Source: Amoebidium appalachense (taxonomy: Eukaryota > Protista > Ichthyosporea). Taken from it: a stretch of 64,000 nucleotides of DNA. The translations under genes were made by a program, and so were the position numbers. The notes beneath the pieces are model-generated. The model searched no databases. It was not told where the DNA came from and saw only the letters and a program-made list of their open reading frames with translations. Each line of letters opens with the position of its first letter. Position 1 is the stretch's first letter. Below are positions 50,291 to 64,000 of this stretch, in pieces. The stretch covers positions 7,630,001 through 7,694,000 of the forward strand of contig CAVNZM010000012.1 of the NCBI GenBank assembly GCA_963693365.1. The letters run 5' to 3'.

Positions 50291-50352
50291 ACTGAAGTAG
50301 CTTGCGGACTGCTTATATACCTGTGGACCGAAGTATGCCAGTTTTTGATTGG
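50291..50352 (-). promoter_or_regulatory. Core promoter of the mannitol dehydrogenase gene (CCAAT, TATA, Inr-like)
   Basis: On the minus strand: CCAATC at ~50352-50347, TATATAA at 50319-50313, and TCAGT with its A at 50293, 26 nt from the start of the TATA. Confidence 0.55.
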
Positions 50353-50499
50353 ATAGATAACTGGTATAAAAGAATCGTGACAACTTTTTTGTTTAAGCCA
50401 CAGTTTGCTTTCAGAAAAATTAACGGCTTTTTAAAGTTGCTTACAACTTTGAATAAGTTTAATATTAGATGAGATCGACAACAAAAGGTTGCCGCTGCG

Positions 50500-50980
50500 G
50501 GCTCAACCAATCACATTATGCTGACACCGTTGCTTGAACACCATGACCACCGCACCACGCACACGCGCAGGATGGAACAAGCCTTTAATAATAAATCTTT
50601 ATAGTAGTAGTACTGTGGAGCAAGGCATGTATAGTCTACAGCATTGTTTTATTTGCTTGATTTTATGTTTATTTTTTCATGCTAAAGGCGCTTCGGTTAG
50701 TACATCTTGAATCGCTCGAGATCAGAACGTCATCCGTATGCAGGCTCACGAGTTTTTCTAGGAATGCATGCCCTCATATCTATTCGGGATCTGATTGGAT
50801 CCCTGACACTTCTCCGAGTCCCTGGCAAGGCTAGATCCATAGATGCCCGGGCGTCCAATCATAACCGACTCTTGTATAAGCTTGAAACCTAGCCAATCAA
50901 AGAGCAGGCGTGGAACCGTACATGGGAATGTTGCGCAACTCATGATTGGTCATTCAATATATCGCATTATCATTGGTCGA
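50500..50980. promoter_or_regulatory. CCAAT-box cluster in the divergent MDH/F-box intergenic region
   Basis: CCAAT/ATTGG at ~50507, 50794, 50855, 50893, 50945 and 50972 in microsatellite-free DNA. Confidence 0.45.
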
Positions 50981-51808
50981 AAAAGGAGCCACCAGCATCG
51001 TATGGAGTCATGGACGCGTGGGCCACGCCGGCGCCGAGTGCACTTCAACGTGAATGTGTAATAATAAATATATCTAATAATCTCATGTTACACATACATG
51101 CCTACACATGTTTATAGCTCGCATGGGAAAAAAGCTTATACTTCATATCAGCTTATAGGTAGAAGAAACTATGCGAGTAATGCAGAACAAAACGCTTGAT
51201 GCAAGGATGACGACTCCGAGCGCCTGTGACATCACAGACCATCCGAAGGGTTGAGTGACTTGAAAGCTTACCGCCAAAAGTCAGCTGGCTCAGTGCCGCA
51301 AATAAACCGAGGTTTTTTCATGGTTGTACTTCCTTTGCATGTTAAAGCATGTATAAGGTAACCCACAAGCACAGTGCAAACACATGAAGTCTATGTGATT
51401 GACAAGAGATCTTTAAAACACCACCCACCAACCTCGCCTGCACACGTACACACACCGAAAAAGCACGCAGGTACACGTGCACATACACACCGTGGCACAC
51501 GCTTTACGGTGTGTGTTGACGAAGCTGTCACCGGGTCACGTGCCGCCTCTCGACATACGCAAGCTACGGCACGCCCTAGCCCGGGAAAAAGCACCCGCGG
51601 CCCTGTTGTGAGGCAAACCAAACCCCTCCCACGCTCTTGAGGAAAGATCTGCGAACATTCTGACAGCGAACATGTGCTGACAGCATCGGACATGTGCGTG
51701 GGGGAAGTAAACGTGCTGGCTAGAACACAGAGTTCTCTTTTACCCACCTCTTTTGGGGTATATTATCTTTTCTCCTCCCTCCAAGCGAGCCACTAGACTA
51801 CTTTTAAG

Positions 51809-51839
<31 letters not shown>

Positions 51840-51975
51840 TCCCTGCTTGTCAAAGTCAGGAATTGTCCCAGATCTGCTTTTGCCTTGGGTCAATCTGGTA
51901 TTGGGGCAAGATGCACACGTGTGCATCCTCCCCAACTTAGTTGTTAGCCACTGAAGAGTGGGGCACCAAGAAGGA

Positions 51976-57793
<5,818 letters not shown>

Positions 57794-58009
57794 CGAAATA
57801 TTGTCAACCTCTTGTATATGCTATTAGCTTATCCCAACGCTTTTAAAGAAATATTGTCAACCTCGTGTTTATACTACTTTTTACCTCATTTTCGGGTCTT
57901 TTCAAATGCTGTTGCATATATATTCCTACTTTTTAGTTGTTATTGTGTACGTGTACATGACGAAGTAATCAATATGTTTACGTATACTATATATATGTGT
58001 GTGTGTATG

Positions 58010-58052
<43 letters not shown>

Positions 58053-58300
58053 CACCGGGGGGTTTCTCTTCTAGTGTGTGGTTGTGCTGAAAAACACAGG
58101 AAGACTTGTTTCCCCAACATGTATAGACCGGGGTGTATATTTTCTCAACTTGGGTCTTTCTTTTTTTTTTTTTGGAAGGCTATGAAATGTTATTTATAGT
58201 GAGGCATGGCATTTTTTTGGACCCCGTTTTTTTTTAACGAGGAAACAAAAATTCCTGGAAGCCTATTCGGAGGCCTCTGCCTTTTATGAATAAAGAGCCG

Positions 58301-58344
<44 letters not shown>

Positions 58345-58404
58345 AGTCACCAAAAGGTGAATGCTTATCTTTTGCGGTGGTGGTGGTGGTGGGGGGGGGG
58401 GGGG

Positions 58405-58436
58405 GCATTTTTAGGTGTTGTGAGAAATGGAGGGGA

Positions 58437-58468
<32 letters not shown>

Positions 58469-58590
58469 TAGAGAGAAAGAGGCATTGGGGGGAGGGGGGG
58501 GGGGGGGGGGCATTTTTAGGTGTTGTGAGAAATGGAGGGATGGGGGGGGGGGGGGGGGGGGGGGCATAGAGAGAAAGAGGCATTGGGGGG
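58405..58590. repeat. Tandem duplication of ~105 bp containing poly-G
   Basis: gcatttttaggtgttgtgagaaatggagg..gcatagagagaaagaggcattgggg occurs twice. Confidence 0.9.
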
Positions 58591-60080
58591 AGGGGGGGGG
58601 GGAGAGGGCATACATATAGGGAGAAGGGTGCACAAAGGGGTTGGTTGTGGGTGTGCATGCGCACGTCGGCACGTTCTCAGGGTGTGAAACGAACTTGTAC
58701 ACAAGTACTGCATCACAGGGAACGCCCTAGGCCTTCCTCACTGGGTCCCAACTTGGCCATGGCCACGGAAAACCACACTACATACCGTACTGATAATTGG
58801 GTGTTTTTATACAGTTTATTGATATGAGACTTTGTTGATTTTATATACAGTTTTGTAATGATATGATTTTAGCAGCTTTGCCTGGCTGTGATGAGAACGT
58901 TTGGTGCTTCTGGTAGACGTATGTGTTATTCCTACTCTATTGCAGGTTTATATTGGTAAGGGGCCCTGCAATTAGCTTTCATGCAAATCGATTACAGTCT
59001 TACAGTCATACCTATCTGACAGTGTACTCTGACTGACGGTGCACTCTTTGCATGCATCCCCCATATTCACTACTCCTCAGTCTTTTGTTATGACGTTAAC
59101 TTTGAGAGTGGTGTGTTTTACACATAAATGGTTATACTTAAGCATCATATTAAGAGTTGCTGAGGGTACAAATGTCATTGAATGAAGAAAGTTGGTCTTG
59201 CCCGGCCCTCACGAACCTTTTGCATGAATCATCAGTAATTCATAGATACAACGAATAGCTCGCTAGTGACGGCTCTTCAGTTACTTATACACTCGCAGGA
59301 ATCGATTATCACCGACTGTCATGGGGCCGGAGCTATAATTACTGCAGGGGTGAACATACGTATACCGATATGCAGCCCGGCTCGCCTCCCATATGTGCAG
59401 CCACACGTGCACACATATCCAAGTCGAGTCATGCTGCAGGTGTACTGCGATTGATGTTCAGTGTGTACCCGTTCGTAAAGCTCGGAGATGGCTCCTGCAT
59501 GGCAAAGTGTCGATGGGAAGCCTTCTTGTGTTACAGTGCATCGTGCACTCAAGTGCCTGTGCGTATCGTACGTGTATACAAAAACATATTTGATATCTGA
59601 TCGAATCAAGGGGAATTTTTCAAAGCATGGCCGGATGGACGTATCAGCTGAGTATACGTATACGTGGCCCAGGTTGCCTCGGAAGGGGTTGGGAGGTTGG
59701 GGAGGGGGGGAGAGGGGGGGGGGGGGGGGTGCGGGAGAAGGGGGATTGGGGAGGGAGTATTAATGGCCTGGGCGGGGCATGTACATATCTGGCTAACATT
59801 AGCTGCTGTGTGCACTTGCACAAGACGCCGTAAAATCTGTGCATGTAACCTAGCTAGATACATGATTGTGCGCATATATACGCACGAGTTGCCATACTAT
59901 TGTGTGACACTATTCACACGTGTCTGCCAGTCATACATGTCATCATGGAAGTGTACTTCACCGACCCGGGGAGGCCCGGGGGGGGGGTTGGCGCTGTGTT
60001 TGTGTGTGTGTGTGTGTGCGCGCGCACGTGTGTGGCACTGCCCGATACGGTTATGGTGGTGGTGGTGGTGGTGGTGGTGT

Positions 60081-60157
<77 letters not shown>

Positions 60158-61000
60158 GGGGGAAGGGGAAGATACTGCACATTAAATGGTACACTGATGG
60201 TGGCTTCACGTGCATTTCTCAGATTGGGAGAGGCTGTTTATTTCATCATTCTACATTTCGGTCAACATAATCCAGCTGGTTACAAACACATTTCTAGCCA
60301 AAAAAAAAACAAAAAAAAACAAACAAACAAAAAAAAAAAAAAAAAAAAAAAAAAACGGCCCCGCTTCTATACGCCGTTACTGGTAACCGGTATACACACC
60401 AAACTACGCTCCACACTTGACGTTACTAAAATCAAAAGCCAGATCAAAAAACTAGCCTCATAACACAGATATGAAAAACGTATGTAACATATTTTCGGTT
60501 TCGTGCAAACATCTAATCTATCCAACCCGCATGCATGCATCAGTACATTCGCCATTTACTTACAGAATCGTTTCATTCCTTGCATCCCCCCCCCCCTCCC
60601 CCCCCCCCCCCCATTTTCAATTAGCACATAAACCTCGCAAACACGACACATGGAAACTCGGACGTGTGTTTGCTGTAATTGCCAAAAGTCAACTCGTTTC
60701 AAGATTGATTCCATTATAAAGTAAGGGTATAGTGAAGTCAGACTCTAGTTTTGACGAGTGCCCATTTTTTTACGAGTGCTGATTGGCTGTTGCCAAAATT
60801 AAGGAATTATCAGGACGGACAACACCCATGCTCCCTTAAAGTTTGTCTGATTGCAACAACAATTCTATTCGCCCGTTATACGAAACACCTATAAACCAAT
60901 CTATAAGATAACGAAACAAGCAGATATTACAATCTTTTCGTGAGTAGTTTTCCTCTGACCATAAAAGGAAATTATATTGTGGATGTGATTGGCTGGTTGC

Positions 61001-64000
<3,000 letters not shown>

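Noticed and set aside
60722-60840. Weak taaggg...cccttaa inverted ends
   Set aside because: The match is too short to call a transposon.

Overview
Eukaryotic genomic DNA with many introns, probably from a protist (the species cannot be determined from the sequence). Introns and intergenic DNA are full of poly-C/poly-G, (CA)/(TG) and (CT)/(GA) tracts, so most ORF-track entries are repeat artefacts. Manual exon chaining supports six protein genes. (1) A 5'-partial, intronless TBL/PC-esterase O-acetyltransferase with one frameshift at a G8 run (+). (2) A 3-exon, 200-aa SAM methyltransferase of the EEF1AKMT4/METTL13-N type (-). (3) A head-to-head, ~37-kb BRCA2 of about 43 exons (+). It has 7 BRC repeats, helical/OB1/tower/OB2/OB3 domains, a TR2-like FxxP motif and an unexplained ~250-aa C-terminal extension. 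(4) An intronless long-chain mannitol dehydrogenase-family gene (-). (5) An F-box/LRR gene (+). (6) The 3' part of TRAPPC10/Trs130 (-). Several small TIR elements sit in introns, including two copies of a TTAA-flanked family, along with a highly structured ~550-bp intronic insert. The most unusual signals concern splicing: tandem 'echo' duplications of exon-end/5' splice sites at four loci, 3' splice sites preceded by (CA)n instead of a pyrimidine tract, intron-wide C/A versus G/T polarity, and two identical AAG|GCAAGT GC donors.
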